Of a stretch of 64,000 bases of DNA, positions 39,383-49,032 are shown piece by piece. Position numbers and translations under genes: made by a program. Within the stretch, counting starts at the first letter, position 1, and every line of letters starts with the position of its first letter. Source of the DNA: Candidatus Lambdaproteobacteria bacterium. Lineage in GTDB: Bacteria > SAR324 > JACQKK01. The notes below the pieces were generated by a model. That model was not told the DNA's origin, made no database searches, and saw nothing but the letters and a program-made list of their open reading frames with translations. The stretch spans positions 6,361 through 70,360 of the forward strand of contig JACQKK010000032.1 in NCBI GenBank assembly GCA_016204605.1. The letters are read 5' to 3'.

Positions 39383-39997
39383 ATGGGCACACGAGTCGGC
39401 GGGATACGGGCGGCGGCACTTCTCCTGGCGGGATTGGTGTCGGCGATCCCCGGCCTGGCATCGGCCTACGAAGCGGCCGATAGCGATGCGGTGTTCCTTG
39501 GCACGGGATCGTCCAACATCGAGGTCAGGGACAGCGACGAGCTCCTTTCGGGGTCCAACGTGTTCGGAGGCGCGCGCATCGGCCTGTTCTGGACCCTGTT
39601 CGTGGAGCTCGGCTACGGGGCCATCGACTTTTCCGACCGCGTGTTGGTCTCGGGTGTGAAGAAGCGCATCGACTTCCGCACCACCGGCGGATTCTATGGC
39701 GTCGGGATCATGCTGCCGATCCGCAACCTCGCGCTGGGCGTGAAGGCAACCCAGAGCTTCGACAACAAGTGGTCGCAGGAGATCACCGACGTGACGACCA
39801 ATACCGTCGATTCGCGCACGTCGGGCAACATCGACTACAACAGCTACTTCGCCTTCGTGCGCATCGGCCGGTTCTTCGAGCTCGGCGCCCGCCGCGACGA
39901 GATCAAGAACACGGATTCGGTCGTGACCAACGCCTTCGGCCCCTATGTCGCGCTGAACATCCCGCTCGGCTTCGGTCCGGGTCACATGATGCGGTAG
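39383..39997 (+). CDS. Hypothetical secreted small beta-barrel-like protein
   Basis: Signal peptide (..GLASA/YE), amphipathic strands (FVELGYG, FELGARR, GPYVALNIP). Confidence 0.6.
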   Translation: MGTRVGGIRAAALLLAGLVSAIPGLASAYEAADSDAVFLGTGSSNIEVRDSDELLSGSNVFGGARIGLFWTLFVELGYGAIDFSDRVLVSGVKKRIDFRTTGGFYGVGIMLPIRNLALGVKATQSFDNKWSQEITDVTTNTVDSRTSGNIDYNSYFAFVRIGRFFELGARRDEIKNTDSVVTNAFGPYVALNIPLGFGPGHMMR

Positions 39998-40130
39998 AGT
40001 TCGCCCGCACGCAGAGGCCTGTGCGGCGCTTCGCTCCTCGCGTCGGCGACGCGGCGTTTCGTTCCCCGTTGTCTTCGAGAGCGAACAGGCGGCGTCGGCG
40101 CGTCCGCAGGTCCCGTGCTTGCGCCCCCCT

Positions 40131-43082
40131 TCACGCCCGCGATACCCGGCAGAGCAGCGTCTTGAGGTTGGTCTGATCCGAGACCGGGTCGCGCTGCGTC
40201 TTGTCCGTGAGGAAGTTGACGCTGCGCCAGGGGTGGTAGGGCTGGCGCTCGCCCCAGCCGATCGGGACGAACACCGTGGTCGGGCGCAGGCCGGCGTTGA
40301 GCCAGGCGCGCGCCTCGATGGCACCATGGGCCGTCGCGACGCGGACGAGGTCGCCATCGGCGATGCCGAGCGCCCGGGCGCGGTCGGGGTGGATCTGCGC
40401 ATACAGGTCGGGCCACATCTCCTGCGCCTGCCAGAGGTAGTGGGTCCACGAGTGGAAGTGGGGGGCGGGCGGGCGCCCGGTCACCAGCTCCAGGTCGTAG
40501 CCCCGGGCGCGCAGCTTCGCGCCGGGCCCGTCCGGAGCCGCGGCCACGAGGCGGGCAGGTGAGCTGGCCGTGGGCGTCTTGTGGAACGGCGAGAGCGTGC
40601 CCTGGGCCGCGTCGTCCTCCGTGAACGCCACGTGGGGCAGGTCCACGAGCTGCTCGCGCTCGCTGTAGAACTCGGGCAGCGCGGAAAGCCCGACCGCCCG
40701 GAACATGGCCTCCTGCGCCTCGCTCCAGAACTCGAGCTTGCCGCTCGGGGTGGGGAAGCGCCGGCCGGGGCCGGCCCCGAAGGCCGTGGTGCCTTCGAGA
40801 TAGAGCGTCTCCTGCTCAGGGGCGTCCTCCGCTGCGACCGGGATGCGCACCCAGCGGTAGGGCACGCTGTGCAGGCGGCGCTGCGTGCAGCCGCGCAGTT
40901 GCGGGTTCCGGGTGAGCACCTCGTCCCAGAACACGGCGGGATCCTTGTAGCGCTCCGGCAACACATCCTCGAAGCCGAAGCGGCGGGCCAGCTCGACCCA
41001 GATCCAGGCGTCGCCGCGGGCCTCGCCGGGCGGCTCGATCATCTTGTCCACCCACACCACGCGGCGATCGTCGTTGGAGCGGCCGATATCGCCCTGCTCG
41101 ATCCCCGTGGCCGCCGGCAGCACGTAGTCGGCATGGGCCGAGGTCTCGTTGGGGAACAGCTCGATGTGCACCAGCAGCTCCAGCGCCGCGAAAGCCCGGC
41201 GCGCTTCCGCCTGGCCGGGCCAGTTGGACATGGGGTTGTTGCAGGCGATCAGCGCCTTGAGCGGGTAAGGGCGGCCGTGCAGCATGGCCTCCGTCCAGCC
41301 GGTCGGGTTGCGGCGCACCTTGGGCTGCTGCGGGGTGCGCTGCCGCTCCGGCGGCGCGTCGGGGGCGATGGGCAGCCCGGCGGTCATGTTGAAGAAGGCG
41401 CCCCCGCGCCGGCCCCAGTTCCCCGTCACGGCCGCGAGGGCCATCAGCACGCGGTTGGTCTGCACCGCGTTGGTGTGCTGGTTGATGCCGCGGCTGGCGA
41501 AGATCACGCAACCCTCGGCCCGGGCCACCTCCTCCGCCAGGGCGCGCATCTCCGCCGCCGGGAGGTCCGTGATGGGCGCCGCCCACTCGGGCGTGTAGCC
41601 GCGCTCCGCGATGAACGCCCGCCAGCGCTCCCAGCCCAGCACGTTGGCGCGGCAGAACGGCTCGTCGTGCAACCCCTGGGCGAAGATGTGGTGGAGCATG
41701 GCCAGCCCCAGCGCCAGGTCGGTGCCGGGGCGGATCGGCAGCCAGCGGTCGGCCTTGCCGGCGGTGACCGTCCTGCGCGGGTCCACCACCACCATGCGCG
41801 CGCCGTTGCGCAGGCGCCAGTCGTTGATCATGCCGAAGTAGACTGGGCGGGTCTCGGCCTGGTTGTCGCCGATGAACAGGTAGAGCGCCGCGCTGCCCAG
41901 GTCGCCCGGCGTGTAGCTGTTACCGCTCCCCACCCGCCCCTGCACCAGCTCGTAGGCGATGGTCTTGCCCGTGGCGCAGAAGGGGTCGGTGCCCTCGACG
42001 TTGGGCGTGCCCCAGAGCTGGCCGAACAGCCGGATGTAGCCCTGCTTGGTGATGACGCCCGTGCGCGTGCCGGCGAAGATGCCGAGCGCCTCGGGACCCC
42101 AGGTCTCGCGCACGGCGCCCAGGCGCTCCGCGATCTCCCCGAGCGCCTGCTCCCAGGAGATGGGCTCGAAGCGGCCGGCGCCGCGCTTCCCGACGCGCTT
42201 GAGCGGCGTGGTCAGGCGGTGGGGATTCCCATGCAGTTGCACGCCGAGCTGGGATTTCGGGCAGACGCGGCCGCCCAGCACGGGGTCGTCCTCGTTGCCG
42301 GTGATCTGCACCACCCGGTCGCCCTGCAGGTGCACCATCGTCGTGCAGCAGTTGAAGCAGAAGGTGCAGCCGCCGGGCAGGATGCGGTCCGGCTGCCGCG
42401 CCTCGCGCGCAACCTGGTAGGGCGGACGCACCGCCTGCGCCGCGAAGGGCGCCCGTCCCAGCGCCCCATCCGAGACGGCCGGAGCACGCCGCTCCGGCGG
42501 CGCGAGCGGCACCGGCGTTGCCGCGGCCGGGCCGGCGCCGCGGGCGAGACGATCGAGATACACCGTCGCCGGATCGAGCAGGAACGGGTCGTGCTCGACC
42601 GGCCGGCGCCCCTCCGCCCGTGCCTCGGCCAGCAGCGGGTCGCGCTCACCGAAGCGGATGGCGCGCCCCGGGCAGACGGCCGCGCAGGCCGGCCCCCGCC
42701 CCGCAGCGCGACGGTCGGCGCACAGGTCGCACTTGACGGCGCGGTGCAGGGCGGGGTCGTAGCCCATCGCGCCATAGGGGCAGGCCAGCACGCACTCGCC
42801 GCAGCCCGTGCAGCGGCTCTCCGCCACCCGCACCACGCCGGTGGCCTCGTCCTTGGCAATGGCCTTGGGGTTGACCGGGCAGGCGCGCAGGCAGGCCGGT
42901 CGCTCGCACTGCTGGCAGGTCACGGTCAGGAAGTCGAGGCCGGGCCGGCCCGGCTCGCCCAGCCAGACCACCCGGTTGCGGTAGGCGCCGGGTCCGAGAC
43001 CGTGCTCCTGCTTGCAAGCCACCTCGCAGCTCTTGCAGCCGGTGCAGCGCTCCAGGTCGATCATCAGCGCGAGGCGGCCCAT
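40131..43082 (-). CDS. Fusion of a DmsB-like 4x[4Fe-4S] domain and a molybdopterin (DMSO reductase family) catalytic domain
   Basis: N-terminal CTGCKSCEVAC, CQQC..PAC...C, CTGCGECVLAC, CDLC...PAC...C; then CTFCFNCC..GRVCPK, PLKRVG, ISWEQAL, PIRPGTD, ADYVLPA, TPSGKLE, IHPDRA. Confidence 0.9.
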   Translation of the reverse strand: MGRLALMIDLERCTGCKSCEVACKQEHGLGPGAYRNRVVWLGEPGRPGLDFLTVTCQQCERPACLRACPVNPKAIAKDEATGVVRVAESRCTGCGECVLACPYGAMGYDPALHRAVKCDLCADRRAAGRGPACAAVCPGRAIRFGERDPLLAEARAEGRRPVEHDPFLLDPATVYLDRLARGAGPAAATPVPLAPPERRAPAVSDGALGRAPFAAQAVRPPYQVAREARQPDRILPGGCTFCFNCCTTMVHLQGDRVVQITGNEDDPVLGGRVCPKSQLGVQLHGNPHRLTTPLKRVGKRGAGRFEPISWEQALGEIAERLGAVRETWGPEALGIFAGTRTGVITKQGYIRLFGQLWGTPNVEGTDPFCATGKTIAYELVQGRVGSGNSYTPGDLGSAALYLFIGDNQAETRPVYFGMINDWRLRNGARMVVVDPRRTVTAGKADRWLPIRPGTDLALGLAMLHHIFAQGLHDEPFCRANVLGWERWRAFIAERGYTPEWAAPITDLPAAEMRALAEEVARAEGCVIFASRGINQHTNAVQTNRVLMALAAVTGNWGRRGGAFFNMTAGLPIAPDAPPERQRTPQQPKVRRNPTGWTEAMLHGRPYPLKALIACNNPMSNWPGQAEARRAFAALELLVHIELFPNETSAHADYVLPAATGIEQGDIGRSNDDRRVVWVDKMIEPPGEARGDAWIWVELARRFGFEDVLPERYKDPAVFWDEVLTRNPQLRGCTQRRLHSVPYRWVRIPVAAEDAPEQETLYLEGTTAFGAGPGRRFPTPSGKLEFWSEAQEAMFRAVGLSALPEFYSEREQLVDLPHVAFTEDDAAQGTLSPFHKTPTASSPARLVAAAPDGPGAKLRARGYDLELVTGRPPAPHFHSWTHYLWQAQEMWPDLYAQIHPDRARALGIADGDLVRVATAHGAIEARAWLNAGLRPTTVFVPIGWGERQPYHPWRSVNFLTDKTQRDPVSDQTNLKTLLCRVSRA

Positions 43083-43119
43083 GGCGGCTTCTCGGCAGGG
43101 TGGGGTGCGGACGCCGGGC

Positions 43120-43920
43120 TCACCACTCGGCGAGGTGCCACCAGGAGATGGCCCGGCCGGCGGCGACGTATCCGGCGAAGAAGGTGACCGTCACCACGTG
43201 GGCGATCAGCCCGGCGAAGAACACCACCCCCAACGCGAGGTGCAGCCGGCGCCACCACGCCTCCGCCAGCGGCGCGGCCTGCCGCGTGCCGATCAGGCGG
43301 CTTTCCTCGCGCGCGAGCCGCGCGTAGGCGAACGACAGCCGGGGCCGGCGCAGCCAGTGGCCGAGCGTGGGCGAGAAGGTCGCCTCTCGCGCCCCGAGGT
43401 CGAGCCGCGCCAGCAGGCGGCGCTTCTCGTCGAGCAGCGCGCGCAGGCGCTCGGTGGCGGCGCTGCGCGGGGTGAAGAAGGCGGGGTGGCGCGAGCCGAA
43501 CGTGGCCGACATGCCGCGGGCGATGCGCACCCGCGCCCACACCCCCACCGCGATCAGCCCCAGCAGCGCGAGGTAGAGCAGAGCCGGCGGCCGGCCGAGC
43601 CGCCCCGCCCCGTGCACGGCCACCAGCACGACGCCGAGGAAGCCGGTGCCGATATGGGCCAGGAACCAGCGCCGGGGCGAGCCGCCCCGGCCCGTGCGCT
43701 TGGCCCAGGAGAAGGCCGCCGGCACCAGCAGCAGCAGCGCCCCCGCCACGCCGGTCAGATAGAGCAGCGGCGTGCCCGGCGTGCGCCAGCCATGCGGCAG
43801 CAGCGGATGCAGGAGTGCATAGGCGGCCACGGCCGCGAGCGTGACCAGGGTCAGCGCCACCAGGCGCCGGTTGCCGATATCGGCGACGGGCGGCGGCGGA
43901 AGGGTTCGGCTGCGGAGCAT
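43120..43920 (-). CDS. His-rich membrane protein, putative cytochrome b / ferric-reductase-like partner
   Basis: Several TM segments with paired His (WFLAHIG...AVHG; WRRLHLAL...IAHVV); directly upstream of the Mo enzyme. Confidence 0.65.
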   Translation of the reverse strand: MLRSRTLPPPPVADIGNRRLVALTLVTLAAVAAYALLHPLLPHGWRTPGTPLLYLTGVAGALLLLVPAAFSWAKRTGRGGSPRRWFLAHIGTGFLGVVLVAVHGAGRLGRPPALLYLALLGLIAVGVWARVRIARGMSATFGSRHPAFFTPRSAATERLRALLDEKRRLLARLDLGAREATFSPTLGHWLRRPRLSFAYARLAREESRLIGTRQAAPLAEAWWRRLHLALGVVFFAGLIAHVVTVTFFAGYVAAGRAISWWHLAEW

Positions 43921-44104
43921 GGCGTTCCTCGGTCGAGCGCGCCCTCCCCCGGGCGGCGCCCCGCATCCTGCCCCGGAAGCCGGCCCGCGCGCAAGCGGCC
44001 GACCCGACGACGCGGGGCGGGTGCGAGGCTTCAGCGGCGCCACGTACCGCCCCGCTGCCGCGATCCTGGCCTCTCCACGGCGCGGGGGCCAGGGGCGCGC
44101 GAGG

Positions 44105-44617
44105 CTACGGGGCCGCGCTCAGGGCCACCGCGATCGGCGGGGCGCTGCGCAGGGTCTGGTACACGACGCAGTAGCGCTCGGTGAGCCGCTGGAGCACTTC
44201 CAGCTTCTCCGGGGGCACGTCGCCCTGGAGGTCGAAGCGGAGGCGGATCTCCCGGAACCCGACGGGCGCGTCCTTGGCCGTGCCGAGGGTGCCGCGGAAG
44301 TCGAGATCGCCCTCGGCGGTGACCGTTCCGCCGGCGAGAGGAAGCTCGAGGGCGGTCGCCACGGCCCGCAGCGTCACTCCGGCGCAGGCCACCAGCGCCT
44401 CGAGCAGCATGTCTCCCGAGCAGGCCTGGAGCCCGGTGCCGCCGGTGGCCGGGTGGAGCCCGGCCTCCACCACGGCCCGCCCGGTTTCCACCTTGCAGGT
44501 GAGCGCCTGGTCATCCAGCGCGCCCCGGGCGCGCAGCGTGACGAGGGCGGCCCGGGGCTGTTCCTTGTAGCGGGCCTTGAGCGGGGCCTGCAGCGCGCGC
44601 AGTTCGTTGGCGTCCAT
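44105..44617 (-). CDS. OsmC family protein
   Basis: ACSGDMLLEALVACAG, GDLDFRG, LTERYCVVYQTL. Confidence 0.9.
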   Translation of the reverse strand: MDANELRALQAPLKARYKEQPRAALVTLRARGALDDQALTCKVETGRAVVEAGLHPATGGTGLQACSGDMLLEALVACAGVTLRAVATALELPLAGGTVTAEGDLDFRGTLGTAKDAPVGFREIRLRFDLQGDVPPEKLEVLQRLTERYCVVYQTLRSAPPIAVALSAAP

Positions 44618-44740
44618 TTGCGTGTCTCCGCAACAGGGTGGTTTCTGGCAGCGCAGCCGCGCGATCGACGTGGCGTCGGCACGGGCAGTATGGCCGCAGG
44701 CCGGGGTGGAGACGCGCGCACGCGCCCACCACGGGCAGGC

Positions 44741-45616
44741 TCACGCCTTCGGCGCGAGCGCTGCCAGCGCGTCCAGGTCCGGCAGGCGCGAGCCGGCCGG
44801 ATGCAGGGTCTGGATGCAGACGTGGTTCGCCCCGGCATCCAGGTGGGCCTGGATGCGCCGCTTGACCGCCGCCACGTCGCCCCAGGCCACCATGGCGTCG
44901 AGAAACCGGTCGCTGCCGCCGTTCGCCAGCTCGTCCTCGCGGAAGCCGAGCCGGAGCCAGTTGTTGCGGTAGTTGGGCAGCAGCATGTAGTGGCCCAGTG
45001 CGTCCCGCGCCACCGCGCGGGCCTGCTTCGGCTCCTGGACCAGCAGCACTTTCTGTTCGGCGCAGATCCAGGCTTTGGGGCCGACGATCTTCCGCGCCCA
45101 GGCGGTGTGCTCGGGGGTGATGTTGTAGGGATGGATGCCGGCCGTACGCTCCGCCGCCAGCCGGGTCATGCGGGGGCCGAGCGCCGCCAGCACGATCGGG
45201 GGCGGCTGATCCACCTGCGGGGCCACGGCCGCGGCGCGCTCCATGCCGTCGAGATAGGCGCGCATGGTGGCGACGGGCTTGCCGTAGCGGTGGCCGCGCA
45301 GGGTCTCGACCGTGGGCGCGTGCGAGACGCCCAGCCCCAGCAGGAACCTGCCCCCGGAAAGCTTGGCGAGGCTGTGCTGGCCCTGCTTCATGGTGGTGGG
45401 GTCGCGGCCGTAGATGTTGGCGATCCCGGTGGCGAGGATCAGCGTGTCGGTTCGTTCGAGCAGGAAGCTGCCCAGCGCGAAGGATTCATAGCCCCGCCCC
45501 TCCGGGTACCAGAGCACCGAGTATCCCAGCCGCTCCGTGCGCTGCGCTAGGTCGAGCAACTGCGCCCGGCTGAAGGTGTGGGTCGAGCACCACACGCCGA
45601 GTTTTCCGAAGTTCAT
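44741..45616 (-). CDS. LLM-class oxidoreductase (probable F420-dependent subfamily)
   Basis: ERLGYSVLW.PE, ATGIANIY.RDP, GRFLLGLGVSH, LAALGPRM, HLDAGANHVCIQ. Confidence 0.85.
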   Translation of the reverse strand: MNFGKLGVWCSTHTFSRAQLLDLAQRTERLGYSVLWYPEGRGYESFALGSFLLERTDTLILATGIANIYGRDPTTMKQGQHSLAKLSGGRFLLGLGVSHAPTVETLRGHRYGKPVATMRAYLDGMERAAAVAPQVDQPPPIVLAALGPRMTRLAAERTAGIHPYNITPEHTAWARKIVGPKAWICAEQKVLLVQEPKQARAVARDALGHYMLLPNYRNNWLRLGFREDELANGGSDRFLDAMVAWGDVAAVKRRIQAHLDAGANHVCIQTLHPAGSRLPDLDALAALAPKA

Positions 45617-45732
45617 CGTTCCGTCTCCTCATGATCGCCAGTGGGTGCGAAGGCGTGCGTTCGGCGGCGGCTCCCACGGCGGGCGCCTGCGGCCGACCCG
45701 ACGCTGCGGGGAGCGGCACGGCACGCGGTCGG

Positions 45733-46461
45733 TCAGGGCGCGCCGCCGCCCCCCGGATCGAAGGTGGGGCCGCGCCAGCCGACGTCGTGCACCTCGCGCC
45801 GGGCAGCCTCGAGGGATTTGACCTGGCCGAGCCCCTGGGCCTGGAGCAGCTCCCGCTCCGTATCGAGATAGCCGCGCAGGAGCAGGGCCACGCCCCGGTA
45901 GAAGGCGGCGCCCTCGGCCCCCTCGACGTCCTGACAGCAGGTGGGCACCCACACCAGCAGATGCTGGCCGACGAATTCGACCTGCAGGGCCAGCCAGCGG
46001 GCCTCGGCCTGGGTGCCCAGGGCCTCGGCCTGGCGCTCGACCAGCCAGCGCATTACGTCCAGCTCGAAGGCGAGATGGTCCTCCGGCTCCGCGGAGGCCG
46101 CCTCGTCACGGGCGAGGCCGATCCGGGCGAGGAACCGCCGCACCTGCACCAGCGGCGCGCGGAACAGGTGCCCGGTGAGATAGTACGACTCGTACGGCTG
46201 CACCGCCGGGTGGAACGGGTCGAGGAACAGCCGGAAGAACTCCTCGGCCGGGGCATCGTCGGGGCCGGCTGCGAGGGCCGCCTGCAATTCGCGCCAGCCC
46301 TCGCCCATCAGCGGATGCACCAGGGCGCCGCTCCGCACCCGGTCGGCGATGCCCTGCCGGAGCTGCCCGATCTGCCCGGCCGAGGGCTCGCGGGCGAGCA
46401 GCCCCGCCAGCAGGCGGTAGTGCTCCAGCCGGGCCCGCGTCAGTTCCGCATCGTCGAGCAT
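45733..46461 (-). CDS. TorD/DmsD family molybdoenzyme maturation chaperone
   Basis: EFFRLF, PYESYY, EPEDHLAFEL, F..QHL..WVP. Confidence 0.92.
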   Translation of the reverse strand: MLDDAELTRARLEHYRLLAGLLAREPSAGQIGQLRQGIADRVRSGALVHPLMGEGWRELQAALAAGPDDAPAEEFFRLFLDPFHPAVQPYESYYLTGHLFRAPLVQVRRFLARIGLARDEAASAEPEDHLAFELDVMRWLVERQAEALGTQAEARWLALQVEFVGQHLLVWVPTCCQDVEGAEGAAFYRGVALLLRGYLDTERELLQAQGLGQVKSLEAARREVHDVGWRGPTFDPGGGGAP

Positions 46462-46467
46462 CGCCGC

Positions 46468-46923
46468 TCACTCCATGTGTTCGATTTCGCCCGCGGCCTC
46501 TTCGAACAACTGCTCGAGCGCCGCCGCCACGAACGCCTTGTAGTCGGGGGTGTCCTCGATGGGGAGGTCGTTGCGGGCGCGGCGCTGGTCGCTTTCCTCC
46601 CGCAGCGCGGCGCGCACGGCCGCTTCCATGCGGCCGAACGGATGGGGCGCGCCCGGCGGATCGGGCGGGAGCACGTGCTGTCTCCAGTGGGCGCGCCAGA
46701 GGCCGTCGTAGAGCCCGCGCTCGGGGAACTCGCCGAGCTCCGCCAGCGCCGCCGCGGGTGTGCGCGCGCCCCCTGCGACCAGTCCTTCATACTGCCGCCA
46801 CTTGTCGAGGGCAACCTGGCGTACGAACGCGTCAAGGGCGGCGTCCATGAACTGCGACTCGCGATGGCGGCCGCCGCCGCCGCGCTTGCGGTCGCGACCC
46901 CGTCCTTTCCTGGTTTCGCTCAT
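46468..46923 (-). CDS. Hypothetical protein in the FDH operon
   Basis: Protein-like 151-aa ORF tightly coupled to torD; basic N-terminus, acidic C-terminus. Confidence 0.65.
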   Translation of the reverse strand: MSETRKGRGRDRKRGGGGRHRESQFMDAALDAFVRQVALDKWRQYEGLVAGGARTPAAALAELGEFPERGLYDGLWRAHWRQHVLPPDPPGAPHPFGRMEAAVRAALREESDQRRARNDLPIEDTPDYKAFVAAALEQLFEEAAGEIEHME

Positions 46924-46986
46924 GGCGAGCCTTTCGGGAGAAACCCCCGGCGCTGTGGTCGCCAGCGCAGTGGTCTCATGGCGCCG

Positions 46987-48984
46987 TCAGGGCCTCCAGC
47001 CCGTGCCCACCTCGAGCATGGCCGCCGCCGCGCGGCAGTCGGGGCACATCCGCAGCAGGCGCCGCCGGTCGCCCCTGAACGCCTCAGGCCCGGCACCCCC
47101 CGCGAACAGGGTCGCCTCGACGCGCTCGAGGGAGCGCCGGTTGCCGAACGGCTTGCCGCACCGGGCGCAGGCCACGCTCTCGTCCTGCGCGACCGTCTGC
47201 GGTTCGAGGGCCGCGCGTTCGAGGTAGAGCTCCTGGCGCAGGGTGATGACCCGCTCCGGGCAGACCTGCTCGCACAGGCCACAGCCGATGCAGGTCAGGT
47301 GGCTGAAGGTCAGGCTCTGTGTGCCGGTGTCGAACACGAAGGCGTGGGTGGGGCAGACGTTGACGCAGGAGCGGCAGAGCGTGCAGCCCTGCTCCTCGAC
47401 CTCCGCAAAGGCATAGGGCTGCCCCCGCTCGATGCGCACCCCGCCGGGCTCGCGTCCCGTGGCCGCGATCAGCGCCCGGATCGATTCGGCCACGCTCTCC
47501 CGGCTGGAGGCCGGGCTGAACCAGCGGCCGTCGTAGCGCACCGGCGCGGGCGCGAGCCCATCGGCGAGCCCGCGCAGCGCGTCCAGGGCACCCCGTTCCT
47601 CCCCGCTGGCCGCGGTCACCAGGCGCTGCCGGCCTGCGCCCAGCCCGAAGGCATCCAGGATGGCGCCGGTCAGGCGGAGCTTGCCCAGCAGCAGCTCGCG
47701 CTCGCCATGGGGACACGCCTCGCAGCCGAGCAGGGCCACGCCCGCGCTCCCCAGCCGGAACGCCCCGAGCAGCTCCGCCTCCGAGACGAACCGCAGGCAC
47801 GGCACCTCGACCGGAAGCACGGCGGCAGGGTAGGCGCTCCCCTCGGCGGCCGCCCGTTCCAGCACGCGGCGCCCCTGCTCCCCGCAGTGGAACACGGTGA
47901 GTGGCGGGCCGCTCTCGCCCGCGGCCCCGCGGTTGGCCAAGAGCGCGCCCAGTTGGCCGGCCAGCCCCGGCCGGGTCGGCCCGGTGAACTGGAGCGCCGA
48001 GGTGGGGCACGCCGCCACGCAGGCCCCGCACCCCTCGCAGGTCAGGTGATCCACGCGGATGCGCAGCGGGTTATCCTCCTGCCGCGCCACGGCGCCATAG
48101 GGGCAGTAATGGATGCAGAGCCCGCACGCCTCGTGTCCGGCCGCCCCGCCCGCGCAGATGGATTCCGTGTACGCGACGTGCTCCGGCTTCGAGAATGCGC
48201 CGATCAGATCGCGCACCCGGTCGGCGGCATCCGCACGGGACGCCTCCGCCTCCGAGAGCAGGTGCAGCCCTGTGCGGCGCTTGAGCGGGGAGGGGGCGGC
48301 GGTCACCGTGACGACCTGGTCCGCCTCCAGTGTGCGCGCTGGGCCATCCGGCGCAGCAACCGGCACCGGCGCGGAGCCCGTTGCGGAGCTGGCCTTGCGC
48401 CAGGTGGCGTGGAAGGCCCCCAGCCGCCCCTCGACGCGTTCCAGGTGACCCCGCTCGACCTCGGCGGCCGGAGGCAGCACCGCGTCCCCCGGAACCTCAT
48501 CGAGCAGGAGGGTCAGCCGGGAGGAGCCGGCCAGCTGCGCCGCCAGCGCGAGTCCGCCGGCACCCTCGCTGTGCAGCAGCACCCGATCGTCCACCGCCAG
48601 GTGATTCTCCGGCGGGACGACGCCGGCCTCGGCAGCCCGCTGGGCGGCCGCGATCAGGCGCCGCGCCTTGGCGCTTGCCGCCGCGGGATCGGGATGCACC
48701 CGATAGCTGAGCGCGCGCAGGTCCAGCTCGCACGCCGGCGGCAGGGCCACGGTCGCGGTCAGGTCGCCGCCGGCGTCCCCGGGGAGGCTGCAGCAGCAGA
48801 GCAGCACGCGCTCGATCCTGCGGGTCGCCGCATCCGCGGCGAACGCCGGCAGGGCCTCCGGCCCCTCGGCCACGCGCACCAGCGTCGCCTCGGACCCGGC
48901 CAGCCCCGGCTCGACCGGGAGCGTACCCCGGCAGGTGCAGAGGAACACCCCCCAGCGCGGTTGCAAGCCCGGGTTCCTGGCCAT
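46987..48984 (-). CDS. Multi-[4Fe-4S] protein with degenerate HdrA-like and MvhD-like modules
   Basis: GVFLCTC, LCCCS, CGLCIHYCPYGA, CEGCGACVAACP, VFHC...VEVPC...LLGCEAC, CTLCRSCVNVCP, CIGCGLCEQVCPE, CARCGKPF..CPDC. Confidence 0.85.
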   Translation of the reverse strand: MARNPGLQPRWGVFLCTCRGTLPVEPGLAGSEATLVRVAEGPEALPAFAADAATRRIERVLLCCCSLPGDAGGDLTATVALPPACELDLRALSYRVHPDPAAASAKARRLIAAAQRAAEAGVVPPENHLAVDDRVLLHSEGAGGLALAAQLAGSSRLTLLLDEVPGDAVLPPAAEVERGHLERVEGRLGAFHATWRKASSATGSAPVPVAAPDGPARTLEADQVVTVTAAPSPLKRRTGLHLLSEAEASRADAADRVRDLIGAFSKPEHVAYTESICAGGAAGHEACGLCIHYCPYGAVARQEDNPLRIRVDHLTCEGCGACVAACPTSALQFTGPTRPGLAGQLGALLANRGAAGESGPPLTVFHCGEQGRRVLERAAAEGSAYPAAVLPVEVPCLRFVSEAELLGAFRLGSAGVALLGCEACPHGERELLLGKLRLTGAILDAFGLGAGRQRLVTAASGEERGALDALRGLADGLAPAPVRYDGRWFSPASSRESVAESIRALIAATGREPGGVRIERGQPYAFAEVEEQGCTLCRSCVNVCPTHAFVFDTGTQSLTFSHLTCIGCGLCEQVCPERVITLRQELYLERAALEPQTVAQDESVACARCGKPFGNRRSLERVEATLFAGGAGPEAFRGDRRRLLRMCPDCRAAAAMLEVGTGWRP

Positions 48985-49032
48985 AGGTGTCGTCGCCGTG
49001 GTGGGCGGTGCAAGAGAGCCCTGCGGGCGAAG

